Virus record (IMG/VR): IMGVR_UViG_3300013094_000017
Location: 1-64,000 of that record
Direction: 5' to 3' (one strand)
DNA: 64,000 nucleotides
How positions within the stretch are numbered: position 1 is the first letter of the stretch; each line of letters starts with the position of its first letter. Under the pieces are notes generated by a model. The model saw only the letters and a program-made list of their open reading frames with translations, had not been told where the DNA came from and ran no database searches. This document shows positions 51,469-60,728 of this stretch, piece by piece. Both the position numbers and the translations under genes were made by a program.

Positions 51469-54416
51469 GCGGAGTGGCCGGGGCAGATCGCATAAAGAGT
51501 CGTAACGATTTCAAGCAATTTCTTGCTTCCTATCAAAAACTGATTGCAAAGTTTCCTGGCTTTGTGTCAATGAACACCAGCGGAAGTTATAACAGCGATC
51601 CAAGTAAAAATGATTTTGGTGATATTGATCTTATTGTACACATTAAGTCAGATAAAGATAAACCTACTGTAAAGAAAGAACTACAAGCGTTCTTACAAGC
51701 ACAACCAGATACAGTTATTGTTCCGTTTACATCAGAGAAGCATGCCGGCAAACGTTCATACAATGCAGGTGAGCTAGTATCAGTTCGATATCATGATGAT
51801 CAATTAGGGTATTCGGCACAGATTGATAATATTGTTGCCCTAGACGAATCTGAAGCATCATTCAAGCAACAGTTCTTAGATTTGCCTGCTGAAAAGCAAG
51901 GACTAATTCTAGGCCTAGTTAAGATTGCTACAATTGAAACAGATCCTCAGAGGTTATTCAAAAGCCTGGGCATTACTGCACCGGTGCTTACACAACCAAA
52001 TGAAGAATACGAGTTTAATCTAAGCTCAGTTGAACTACAATTACGCAAGGTTACTTACAAACCAGGTACCTACGAACAAATTGGTCGCGAAGTTATTTGG
52101 ACTAGTCGCAATTTTGACGATCTAAAGAAAGTATTATATCAATACAACCTAGATGCAGACTTTGATACACTGTTAGCACGTAGCAAACAGGTAATCAAAA
52201 ATCCACGTAGCAATGCTCGTATGCAGGGTGTGTTTAGTAGTATGATTACAGTTAAATCAGGCGAGGTTGGCACTGCCAAAGGTGCCGGCAAAGAGGCTGC
52301 ATTGGGCAAAATACAACAAACATTCCGCGAAGATGTATTCAAATGGACTGATTATGAAAATATAGACAACATGGATGATAGACTACATCTTGCCGAAACG
52401 TATTTTACAACTAATGATAATTTATTTGAATCCAATGAGTCCCATGCTACTAATTATTTCTTAAGTTTACGATCAGATGCTAATAATCCAGAAAAAAATA
52501 AAAAATATATTACAGTACTATTAGGATTAGTAGGTAATAGAATTATAAAAATGCAACCAATAGAATTTGGCACTTTTATAAAAAAACAAAACGATATATT
52601 CTATATTCAATATGATAACGGTCAGATAGCAAAATTTCCGTCCGAATCAACTCAAACTAAATTAATAGCAAAAACATTTCTATTCGATACTGTTCCTTCA
52701 TATGATAAATTTAGGTCAGAAATTATGATGAAATTCAATACATCACTTCCTCCGGTTAATGAAAATCACAAGGACTACAGCTCAAAAATAAAAGAAAGCC
52801 GCTTGCTGAGAGAGATGATCAAACCACAGGCAAACACAGTGGTTTTTGCATTTGGTCGTTTTCAACCGCCTACAATTGGTCACGAGTTGCTCATTAATAC
52901 AGTAAAGAACACCGCGGCAGGAAAGAGCGCAGATTACGTCATTTATGCTTCAAAAACACAAGATTCTAAGACAAATCCATTGTCAATTAATCAAAAAATG
53001 CACTATTTAAACCTGGCATTTCCAGGTACTAACTTTGCTGCCGCTAATGCCGAAGTACGTACATTTATAGAGGCAGCAAAGATCCTTAATAACCGATATA
53101 AGAATCTTATTATGGTAGCTGGTTCAGATCGTGTACAAGCATTTGAAGAAACACTAAACAAATACAATGGCACCGAATACAATTACGATACAATCAAAGT
53201 AGTGTCAGCAGGTGAGCGTGATCCAGATTCAGATAGTGCAGCAGGTATGAGTGCAACTAAAATGCGCGAAGCCGCAGTAGCAGGTGATCTAAAACTGTTT
53301 ATGAGTGGCCTCCCAAAAACTATCGGTACTAAGGATGCCGAACAGTTGATGAAAGATATACAACAAGGATTGGTTAAACAACCAAAGACTAATATGAAAG
53401 CAAAAGAAATTACTCCAGTGGCAGAAGGCAATGAAATGTCAGATGCAGCACAGGCTAGAGAATTGATCGGTCGTGCTATGTCCAATCGCAATGAACGTCA
53501 AAAGTATTTTGACTTTATTAAATTCTTAATTAAAAAGAACGGCAAGGATTATGGTATTCAAGTACATCAACTTGCAACTAAGTTAGCCAAAGAAGGCCAA
53601 GATGGTATGGCAGGTGTAGGTATGGGCAACTATATTGTAGACAAAAGCACAACTAACGAACACATCGTTAAACACGGTAGTGGTTATAGATTGGTTAGTA
53701 AAAAGACAGGTAAGAACTTAGGTGACTTTCCGACTCGTGCTGCCGCAGAAAAACACGAACGAGAAGTACAATACTTTAAACATGCCGGTGAAAGTGTAGA
53801 AACAGACGAAGCAGCAGCGTGGCAAAAATCGTCAGGTAAGAATAAGAACGGTGGCCTTAATAAAAAAGGAGTTGCCAGTTATCGCAGAGAACATCCTGGT
53901 AGCAAACTAAAGACAGCAGTGACCAAAAAGCCTAGTGAATTAAAAGCAGGTAGTAAAGATGCTAAACGTCGCAAGAGTTTTTGCGCTCGTATGAAAGGTA
54001 TGAAGAAACATAACACTAGCTCTAAAACAGCACACGATCCAGATTCACGTATCAATAAATCACTGCGTAAATGGCACTGCGAAAGCATTGAAGAAATGGC
54101 ACAGATGATTGAGAACGCAGAACGTTTCTTAGCCGAAGCCAAGGTCGAAGAAAAGTGGACTAAGAAATACAAAGACAGTATCAACTGTTCTAATCCTAAA
54201 GGCTTTAGTCAAAAGGCACATTGCGCAGGTAAAAAGAAAAACGAAGAAACAGAGATGGAAGAAGCTAAACAACGTTTAGATCCAAAGTGCTGGAAAGGTT
54301 ATAAGAAACAAGGCACTAAGATGAAAGGCAACACTCGTGTAAACAACTGTGTGCCGGTAGACGAAAGCGTAGAAACTACTATAGCTAAACTTATTAAACT
54401 ATTAGAATCAAAATGA
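51465..54416 (+). CDS. Multidomain protein: Pol-beta NTase + HxGH cytidylyltransferase/NMNAT-like domain + basic head-protein-like modules
   Basis: GSYNS...GDIDL...AQID, FGRFQPPTIGH...GSDR...SAG.RD...MSATKMR, and C-terminal AAWQK...KNKNGGLN.KG and CWKGYKK.G...NCVP modules. Confidence 0.75.
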   Translation: MSGVAGADRIKSRNDFKQFLASYQKLIAKFPGFVSMNTSGSYNSDPSKNDFGDIDLIVHIKSDKDKPTVKKELQAFLQAQPDTVIVPFTSEKHAGKRSYNAGELVSVRYHDDQLGYSAQIDNIVALDESEASFKQQFLDLPAEKQGLILGLVKIATIETDPQRLFKSLGITAPVLTQPNEEYEFNLSSVELQLRKVTYKPGTYEQIGREVIWTSRNFDDLKKVLYQYNLDADFDTLLARSKQVIKNPRSNARMQGVFSSMITVKSGEVGTAKGAGKEAALGKIQQTFREDVFKWTDYENIDNMDDRLHLAETYFTTNDNLFESNESHATNYFLSLRSDANNPEKNKKYITVLLGLVGNRIIKMQPIEFGTFIKKQNDIFYIQYDNGQIAKFPSESTQTKLIAKTFLFDTVPSYDKFRSEIMMKFNTSLPPVNENHKDYSSKIKESRLLREMIKPQANTVVFAFGRFQPPTIGHELLINTVKNTAAGKSADYVIYASKTQDSKTNPLSINQKMHYLNLAFPGTNFAAANAEVRTFIEAAKILNNRYKNLIMVAGSDRVQAFEETLNKYNGTEYNYDTIKVVSAGERDPDSDSAAGMSATKMREAAVAGDLKLFMSGLPKTIGTKDAEQLMKDIQQGLVKQPKTNMKAKEITPVAEGNEMSDAAQARELIGRAMSNRNERQKYFDFIKFLIKKNGKDYGIQVHQLATKLAKEGQDGMAGVGMGNYIVDKSTTNEHIVKHGSGYRLVSKKTGKNLGDFPTRAAAEKHEREVQYFKHAGESVETDEAAAWQKSSGKNKNGGLNKKGVASYRREHPGSKLKTAVTKKPSELKAGSKDAKRRKSFCARMKGMKKHNTSSKTAHDPDSRINKSLRKWHCESIEEMAQMIENAERFLAEAKVEEKWTKKYKDSINCSNPKGFSQKAHCAGKKKNEETEMEEAKQRLDPKCWKGYKKQGTKMKGNTRVNNCVPVDESVETTIAKLIKLLESK

Positions 54417-54688
54417 AACAGTTCTACATTACCAAAGAAAATATAACACAAAATCATCCAGATGATTGCTATCTTGCTCCTGAGGATCCTATCCAAGAAT
54501 TAAAGATTGCTGCTATGATGGGTGGTCTTGGTGCACAGGCAAGGCTCGACGAATATAAAGCAAAGGTAGCCGAGACAAATAAGGTAAATACTGGCAGTAT
54601 CGACAAAGCCAAATATATGAAAGATAACAACATCAAGCCCGGCACGCCTGCCTGGTTTGAGCTATGGTTTGGCAGACAAGGAAAATAG
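54413..54688 (+). CDS. Hypothetical protein
   Basis: ORF track; IKPGTPAWF.LWF motif. Confidence 0.7.
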   Translation: MKQFYITKENITQNHPDDCYLAPEDPIQELKIAAMMGGLGAQARLDEYKAKVAETNKVNTGSIDKAKYMKDNNIKPGTPAWFELWFGRQGK

Positions 54689-54689
54689 A

Positions 54690-55055
54690 ATGAGAGCATA
54701 CGAATTTATGAGAGAAGCCCGCGACTTTAAGGGCGGAAAAGGAATGAAATCAGATCAATCTGGCGCTATTCCAAACTCGCATGTTTATCCAGAATTAGAC
54801 AATAGTTCAGGATATATGGCCTATAGATTTGGAATAGCCTTAGCTGGTATGCCTGATCAAAAGATGGATGTCGCTGGCCCAACTGGATTGAAACTAGTAT
54901 CTATCGGATACACACCAGCAGATGAAGAAATCCTGCAAGCAGCAGCAGATTTAATCGGAACTCCGCGTGTTCGCTTAACTCCAAATGGTAGTACTGAATC
55001 ACCAGGCACTAACTCTGCTAGCCCAGTTCCAGATAGGAAGAAATTAAAGAAATGA
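54690..55055 (+). CDS. Hypothetical protein with capsid-targeting-like N-terminus (MRAYEFMRE)
   Basis: Start at the ATG after the AAGGA RBS. Confidence 0.7.
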   Translation: MRAYEFMREARDFKGGKGMKSDQSGAIPNSHVYPELDNSSGYMAYRFGIALAGMPDQKMDVAGPTGLKLVSIGYTPADEEILQAAADLIGTPRVRLTPNGSTESPGTNSASPVPDRKKLKK

Positions 55056-55510
55056 AAATAAACGAAATCTTAGAAGCACAAGAACGTCCATTGCCTAAAA
55101 CTGATCTACGTGTAGGCGATCATGTTACAGCAGACACAAGCAAAGAACAATATCCAGGTGGTCATAAATCACGCACGGGCAAAGTAACCCGTGTTGGACA
55201 AACTGGTGTACACATTCAACCAGATGACGGTGGTGAGCGTGAATATCATCCTTACAAGATCGTAAAGAAAACTTCAGGGGTAGAAGAATCAGCAACAGCA
55301 GGTGCTACATCAAGCGGCTCTATTGCAACTGTGGTAAATCCGCAACTTAGTCCAGGTAAAGCACGCGGTAAGAAATCTTACACAGGCAGTCCAGGTCAAA
55401 GTGGTACTAAAGCACCACCGCAACCTAAACCGAAAGCACAAAAACCAACAGATAATGCATTGAATATGAAAGGTACTAGCATATTCGGTGGTCCAGCAAT
55501 TAAACGATAA
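55052..55510 (+). CDS. Hypothetical protein (MKINEILE leader, SH3/KOW-like insert)
   Basis: ORF track. Confidence 0.7.
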   Translation: MKINEILEAQERPLPKTDLRVGDHVTADTSKEQYPGGHKSRTGKVTRVGQTGVHIQPDDGGEREYHPYKIVKKTSGVEESATAGATSSGSIATVVNPQLSPGKARGKKSYTGSPGQSGTKAPPQPKPKAQKPTDNALNMKGTSIFGGPAIKR

Positions 55511-55543
55511 CCCCCAAAAAGGTCAGATAACCTAAAAAATTAT

Positions 55544-55572
55544 TTGACCTTTCCTTTTCAACCCTATATACT
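55544..55572 (+). promoter_or_regulatory. sigma70-type promoter overlapping a hairpin
   Basis: TTGACC-N17-TATACT; AAAGGTCA/TGACCTTT inverted repeat. Confidence 0.7.
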
Positions 55573-55595
55573 AGTATGACTAACAAGGAGATATT

Positions 55596-55871
55596 ATGAG
55601 TAAAGCGTTTGGCGATCCAGAAAAAATTAAGATTAAACAAATTGTCTCAGAAGGTATGACTGTAATGCAAGAGATTGCTGACCTAACAGAAGGACTAAAT
55701 GAAACCATTAAAGCAATTGCAGAAGAATTAGATGTAAAACCGAGTGTTATTAAGAAAGCAATTAAAATTGCACAAAAAGATCAATGGGATCAAGTATTCC
55801 GTGAGTTTGATGATTTAGAAACAATCGTAGATATCAGTGGACACGCAAATCGTCTAACCGATTCCGAATAA
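55596..55871 (+). CDS. Small helical DNA-binding protein (T4 DsbA/GapR-like)
   Basis: L.E...ETIKAIAEELDVKPSVIKKAIKIA pattern, upstream of the polymerase. Confidence 0.55.
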   Translation: MSKAFGDPEKIKIKQIVSEGMTVMQEIADLTEGLNETIKAIAEELDVKPSVIKKAIKIAQKDQWDQVFREFDDLETIVDISGHANRLTDSE

Positions 55872-55887
55872 CAATAAATAAAAACGA

Positions 55888-55950
55888 GAAAGGTTCCGCG
55901 AGCCATAAGTCGCATTTTGAAGGTCAGCCAGCCATAAGTGGTATTAGGAG
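55888..55950 (+). promoter_or_regulatory. Tandem hairpins with identical 8-nt loops in the DNA polymerase leader (candidate translational operator)
   Basis: GCGA-GCCATAAG-TCGC and GCCA-GCCATAAG-TGGT, immediately before AGGAG. Confidence 0.7.
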
Positions 55951-55956
55951 AAGTAA

Positions 55957-58629
55957 ATGTCGTATGTAGATTCCATCTGGGATCGTGACAATGATATTGT
56001 CAAGGTCGTCGAACGAGATCCAATCAAGGGTCGTATATTCCAACAATTTCCAGCACGCTATGTGTTCTATTATCCAGACGGTCGAGGAAAATACACATCA
56101 ATCTTTGGGGAACCATTGACCAAGGTTGTTAGTAAGAGTTGGAAAGAAAATGTTAAAGAACAAAAGATTCATTCAAGTCACAAACTGTACGAGAGCGATA
56201 TCAATCCTGTATTCCGTTGTTTAGAAGAAAATTATCTAGGTAAAGATGCTCCAAAACTAAATGTAGCATTTTGGGATATTGAGGTGGACTTTGATCCAGA
56301 ACGTGGCTATGCTAGTCCAGACGATGCGTTTATGCCAATTACTGCTATTGCAGTACACCTACAATGGTTAGACACTCTAGTGTGTTTAGCTGTACCTCCT
56401 AAAACATTAACTATGGCAGAAGCTCAGGAACAGGTTAAAGATTTTCCAAATACTATCCTATTCGAAACAGAATACGAAATGTTGGATACCTTCTTAAATT
56501 TAATTGAAGATGCAGATGTGTTAAGTGGATGGAACAGTGAAGGCTTTGATATGCCCTACACAGTTAATCGCATTATTAAAACTCTGAGCAAAGAAGATAC
56601 TCGTAGATTATGTCTATTCGATCAACTGCCAAAAAAACGTGAATACGAAAAATATGGGAAACAGGCCGTTACTTATGATCTAGTTGGCCGTGTTCATTTA
56701 GATAGTTTAGAATTATATCGCAAGTACACTTACGAAGAACGTCACAGTTATTCGTTGGATGCTATTGCTGAATATGAACTAGGCGAACGCAAAACACAAT
56801 ACGAAGGCACACTTGATCAACTATACAACAATGACTTTAAAAAGTTTATTGAATATAACCGTCAAGATACTGCCTTGTTAGATCGCTTAGATAAGAAATT
56901 AAAATTCTTAGACCTTGCTAACACACTAGCACATGATTGTACAGTATTGCTACAAACAACTATGGGTGCTGTGGCTGTTACAGAACAGGCTATTATTAAC
57001 GAGGCACATCATTTAGGAATGATTGTTCCAAGTCGTCCTCGAAGAGATGATTCAGTTGACACGCAGGCCGCAGGTGCTTATGTAGCATATCCAAAAAAAG
57101 GTATTCACGATTGGATTGGTTCAATGGATATTAACAGCTTATATCCAAGTGCAATTCGTGCCCTAAACATGGGTCCAGAAACTATTATTGGTCAATTACG
57201 TCAAGACTATACCAAAGCAGAAATCGAAGCCAAGATGGCTAAAAATGGCGGCAAGTTCGCTATGGCGTGGGAAGGTAAGTTTGGCGCAAATGAATATGAG
57301 TTTGTTATGGCCAAAGATAAAACTAACGAAATCATTATTGATTGGGAAGATGGGCACACTGATGTAATGAGTGGTGCTCAGATCTATGAGCTAGTATTTG
57401 AAAGTAATCAACCTTGGATGCTATCAGCAAACGGAACTATCTTTACCTACGAGAAAGAAGGTATTATTCCGGGATTATTAAAACGCTGGTATGCTGAACG
57501 TAAAGACATGCAGAAAAAACTAAAGGAAGCTATCGATGTTGGTAACAAAATTGAAGAAGAGTATTGGGATAAACGACAACTTGTTAAGAAAATTAATCTT
57601 AATAGTCTGTATGGGGCTATTCTTAACGCTGGTTGCCGCTTCTTTGATAACCGTATTGGACAATCCACCACCCTTACTGGGCGACGAATCGCTAGGCATA
57701 TGGCCGCTAAGATAAATGAGATTATCACAGGCGATTACGACCATGTAGGTAAAAGCATTATCTACGGTGATACTGATAGTGCGTACTTTAGCGCATACTT
57801 AACTTTAAAGAATGAAATCAATAAAGGTCAACTTACTTGGAATAAAGATACTGTTATTGATCTATATAATACAGTAGCAGACGAAGTAAATGGTACATTT
57901 CCTCAATTGATGCTAGATGATTTCCATTGTCCTAAATCCAGAGGCGAAGTAATTAAAGCAGGGCGTGAAATTGTTGCCATCAAAGGATTGTTTATTACCA
58001 AGAAGCGTTATGCTGTATTGTATTACGACAAAGACGGTAATCGTTATGACGTAGACGGCAAGGTTGGCAAGATCAAAGCTATGGGTTTAGATTTGAAGCG
58101 CAGTGATACTCCGGAGTTTATGCAGAACTTTTTGAGCGATGTATTAACCAAGGTGTTAAATGGTGCTGAAGAATCAGAAATTCTTGAGATGATATCAGAG
58201 TTCCGTACCAAGTTTAAAGTGCGTCCAGGCTGGGAAAAAGGTAGCCCAAAACGTGCTAACAACATTGCTGCCTATCAAGCCAAAGAAGAAAAGGCAGGTA
58301 AGAGTAATATGCCCGGACACGTTCGAGCTAGTATCAATTGGAATACTTTGAAGCGCATGAATGGTGACAAATATTCTATGAACATTGTAGATGGTATGAA
58401 GGTTATCGTTTGCAAGATGAAAGACAATCCACTCGGATATACCTCAATCGCATATCCAGTAGATGAACTGCGTTTACCTAAATGGTTCCAAGAATTACCA
58501 TTTGATCACGCAGAGATGGAAGCTACTATTATTAACAACAAACTAGATAATCTTATTGGAGTATTGGAGATTGACCTTGTGTCAACCCAAAACAACAATA
58601 CATTTTCTTCGTTATTTGATTTTGAATAA
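55957..58629 (+). CDS. Family B DNA polymerase with 3'-5' exonuclease
   Basis: WDIEVD, GWNSEGFD and YNRQD (exo); DINSLYPS, KINLNSLYG, YGDTDS and KKRY (pol). Confidence 0.96.
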   Translation: MSYVDSIWDRDNDIVKVVERDPIKGRIFQQFPARYVFYYPDGRGKYTSIFGEPLTKVVSKSWKENVKEQKIHSSHKLYESDINPVFRCLEENYLGKDAPKLNVAFWDIEVDFDPERGYASPDDAFMPITAIAVHLQWLDTLVCLAVPPKTLTMAEAQEQVKDFPNTILFETEYEMLDTFLNLIEDADVLSGWNSEGFDMPYTVNRIIKTLSKEDTRRLCLFDQLPKKREYEKYGKQAVTYDLVGRVHLDSLELYRKYTYEERHSYSLDAIAEYELGERKTQYEGTLDQLYNNDFKKFIEYNRQDTALLDRLDKKLKFLDLANTLAHDCTVLLQTTMGAVAVTEQAIINEAHHLGMIVPSRPRRDDSVDTQAAGAYVAYPKKGIHDWIGSMDINSLYPSAIRALNMGPETIIGQLRQDYTKAEIEAKMAKNGGKFAMAWEGKFGANEYEFVMAKDKTNEIIIDWEDGHTDVMSGAQIYELVFESNQPWMLSANGTIFTYEKEGIIPGLLKRWYAERKDMQKKLKEAIDVGNKIEEEYWDKRQLVKKINLNSLYGAILNAGCRFFDNRIGQSTTLTGRRIARHMAAKINEIITGDYDHVGKSIIYGDTDSAYFSAYLTLKNEINKGQLTWNKDTVIDLYNTVADEVNGTFPQLMLDDFHCPKSRGEVIKAGREIVAIKGLFITKKRYAVLYYDKDGNRYDVDGKVGKIKAMGLDLKRSDTPEFMQNFLSDVLTKVLNGAEESEILEMISEFRTKFKVRPGWEKGSPKRANNIAAYQAKEEKAGKSNMPGHVRASINWNTLKRMNGDKYSMNIVDGMKVIVCKMKDNPLGYTSIAYPVDELRLPKWFQELPFDHAEMEATIINNKLDNLIGVLEIDLVSTQNNNTFSSLFDFE

Positions 58630-58676
58630 TTATATTTCTATCAACAAAAAGACTAAATAGTTGATAGGAGTATTAT

Positions 58677-59567
58677 ATGAACTACAAACTACATTATGAA
58701 TTATTGATTAAAAAAGCAAAGAATCGTATACTCGATCCGCTGATTAAAGTGGAATCTCATCATATTTTACCAAGATCAATGGGTGGCACCGATATGAACG
58801 AAAATCTAATAGCGTTGTTTCCGAGAGAACATTTAATTGCGCATTTATTGTTATGGAAAATTCATCAATCTAATGCAATGACTAATGCGGCGTGGCAAAT
58901 GTCACATAGGAAAATTGGAGATGAATATATTAAAATTAACTCTCGTATATATGAAAAATTAAGAATAGCCTTTAGTGAAACACAAACCAAAAGAATGGCA
59001 GACCCTAAAGTAAGAGAACACTTAAAAAATATTAATTTAGGGCATCCCGTAAGTATCGAAAGCAGACAAAAAATATCTGCCGCACTTACAGGAAAGAAAC
59101 AACCAAACGAGTTAGTAGAAAAAAGATCTATAGGTATTAGAAAATATATGTCAGAATCACGTAAAGGAAAAACCTGGGAAGAAATATACGGTAAAAAAGT
59201 TTCTAAAAAAATGAGAGAAGATATCAGTAATGCTAATAAAGGAAAAATACTCACCGATTCCCACAAAGAAAATATTAGCAAAGGAAATACTGGTAAGCTG
59301 TTATCCGAAGAAACGAAAGAAAAAATATCAACATCTAACAAAGGAAAGGTTAGAACCGAGGAGGCAAAAAAACGAATATCAGAATCCCATATAGGAAAAC
59401 TATTATCAGAGGAACATAAAACAAAAATAAGTGAATCAAATAAAGGAAAACCTAAATCAGAAGAGACTAAACAAAAAATGTCAGAATCTAAAAAAGGAAA
59501 AACGTTCACTGAAGACCATAAGAAAAAACTTAGTGAAGCAGCAAAACAAAGAAAAAAGAGATTTTGA
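58677..59567 (+). CDS. HNH homing endonuclease with many NUMOD3 repeats
   Basis: [24 protein letters not shown]; repeated SEE(T/H)K.KIS..NKGK; TAAATA at 58654. Confidence 0.88.
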   Translation: MNYKLHYELLIKKAKNRILDPLIKVESHHILPRSMGGTDMNENLIALFPREHLIAHLLLWKIHQSNAMTNAAWQMSHRKIGDEYIKINSRIYEKLRIAFSETQTKRMADPKVREHLKNINLGHPVSIESRQKISAALTGKKQPNELVEKRSIGIRKYMSESRKGKTWEEIYGKKVSKKMREDISNANKGKILTDSHKENISKGNTGKLLSEETKEKISTSNKGKVRTEEAKKRISESHIGKLLSEEHKTKISESNKGKPKSEETKQKMSESKKGKTFTEDHKKKLSEAAKQRKKRF

Positions 59568-59578
59568 GTAAAAAATAC

Positions 59579-59607
59579 TTGACATTGACACATTTTCTAA
59601 ATATACT
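59579..59607 (+). promoter_or_regulatory. sigma70-type promoter
   Basis: TTGACA-N17-TATACT. Confidence 0.7.
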
Positions 59608-59631
59608 TAATATAACAAAGGAATCATTATA

Positions 59632-60369
59632 ATGAAAGAAATCTTACAAGACATCGTATCACATACACACAACCTAGGCTTTTTGAGTACTGTAAAGATT
59701 ACAGGCGAAGCTGATTCGACTAAAATTGACTCGATGGCAGATGACCGTACAGTTATTATGTACGCAGAAACTGCCACACCCTACGCAGATATGGTAGGTG
59801 TATTTGGTATGCCACAATTAGGCAAATTGAAATACCTATTAGATGGTGCTGAATACAAAGAAAATGCAAAAATTGAAGTGGTTACAGCAGATCGTAATGG
59901 CGAAACTGTTCCAACAGGACTACATTTTGAAAACACAGATGGTAGCTTTAAGAATGATTATCGCTTTATGAACACAGAAATTATTAACGAAAAACTCAAG
60001 ACTGTTAAATTCCGTGGTGCTAATTGGGATGTCGAAGTTAATCCTAGCCTACAGGCTATACAACGGTTTAGTTTCCAAGCAGGTGCTAATAACGAGCATA
60101 CAACATTCCTTGCTAAAACAGATGATCAAGGTAATTTAAAGTTTATCTTCGGTGACCAATCAACTCACGGTGGTGAATTTGTTTTTGCAACAGGTGTAAA
60201 AGGCAAATTAACCAAAGGCTTTACTTGGCCAGTTAATGCTATCTTAAGTATTTTGAAAATTGCAGACGTAAACAACTGTACATTAAGTATCAGTGACGCC
60301 GGAGCATTACAGATCACAATGGATAGTGGTATTGCTACTTACAAATACATTATTCCAGCACAAGCATAA
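59632..60369 (+). CDS. Probable DNA sliding clamp
   Basis: 245 aa, two-domain alpha/beta pattern, next to the polymerase. A clamp loader is present in the window. Confidence 0.6.
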   Translation: MKEILQDIVSHTHNLGFLSTVKITGEADSTKIDSMADDRTVIMYAETATPYADMVGVFGMPQLGKLKYLLDGAEYKENAKIEVVTADRNGETVPTGLHFENTDGSFKNDYRFMNTEIINEKLKTVKFRGANWDVEVNPSLQAIQRFSFQAGANNEHTTFLAKTDDQGNLKFIFGDQSTHGGEFVFATGVKGKLTKGFTWPVNAILSILKIADVNNCTLSISDAGALQITMDSGIATYKYIIPAQA

Positions 60370-60728
60370 TGATTAAGAATATCGTACAAGCAAGCTCATT
60401 CGTAACTGTCAGTAGTTATATGCCTCAGGTATATGGATCAGGCAATATGAGTGGGCAGATGCGATATAATACCAATTCACAATCTGTTGAAGTATATGAC
60501 GGAAATAATTGGATTAGTATTAGTCAACAAGCATCAGTTGGATTGAGCTACGAAGCAGAAGAAGCAATGCGCTGGGCCATTAACAAAAAACGCGAAGAAG
60601 CAGAGATTAAAGAACTAGCAGAGAAACATAAAGCTGTGGCTGCTGCATTAGAAAACCTAAATAAAGCACAAGAACAATTAAAGATAGTAGCACACTTATC
60701 GAAGGATACAGATGAAACAACAAGTTAA
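60369..60728 (+). CDS. Hypothetical protein
   Basis: ORF track; GQMRYNTNSQSVEVYDGNNW. Confidence 0.7.
   Translation: MIKNIVQASSFVTVSSYMPQVYGSGNMSGQMRYNTNSQSVEVYDGNNWISISQQASVGLSYEAEEAMRWAINKKREEAEIKELAEKHKAVAAALENLNKAQEQLKIVAHLSKDTDETTS

Noticed and set aside
55957-58629. Intein or intron in DNA polymerase
   Set aside because: Motifs are contiguous at normal spacing, with no C...HN intein signature. The HNH gene lies downstream as a free-standing ORF.
58865-59593. 242-aa antisense ORF (also 21986-22255)
   Set aside because: Stop-free shadow of the Lys/Glu-rich NUMOD3 repeats on the opposite strand.
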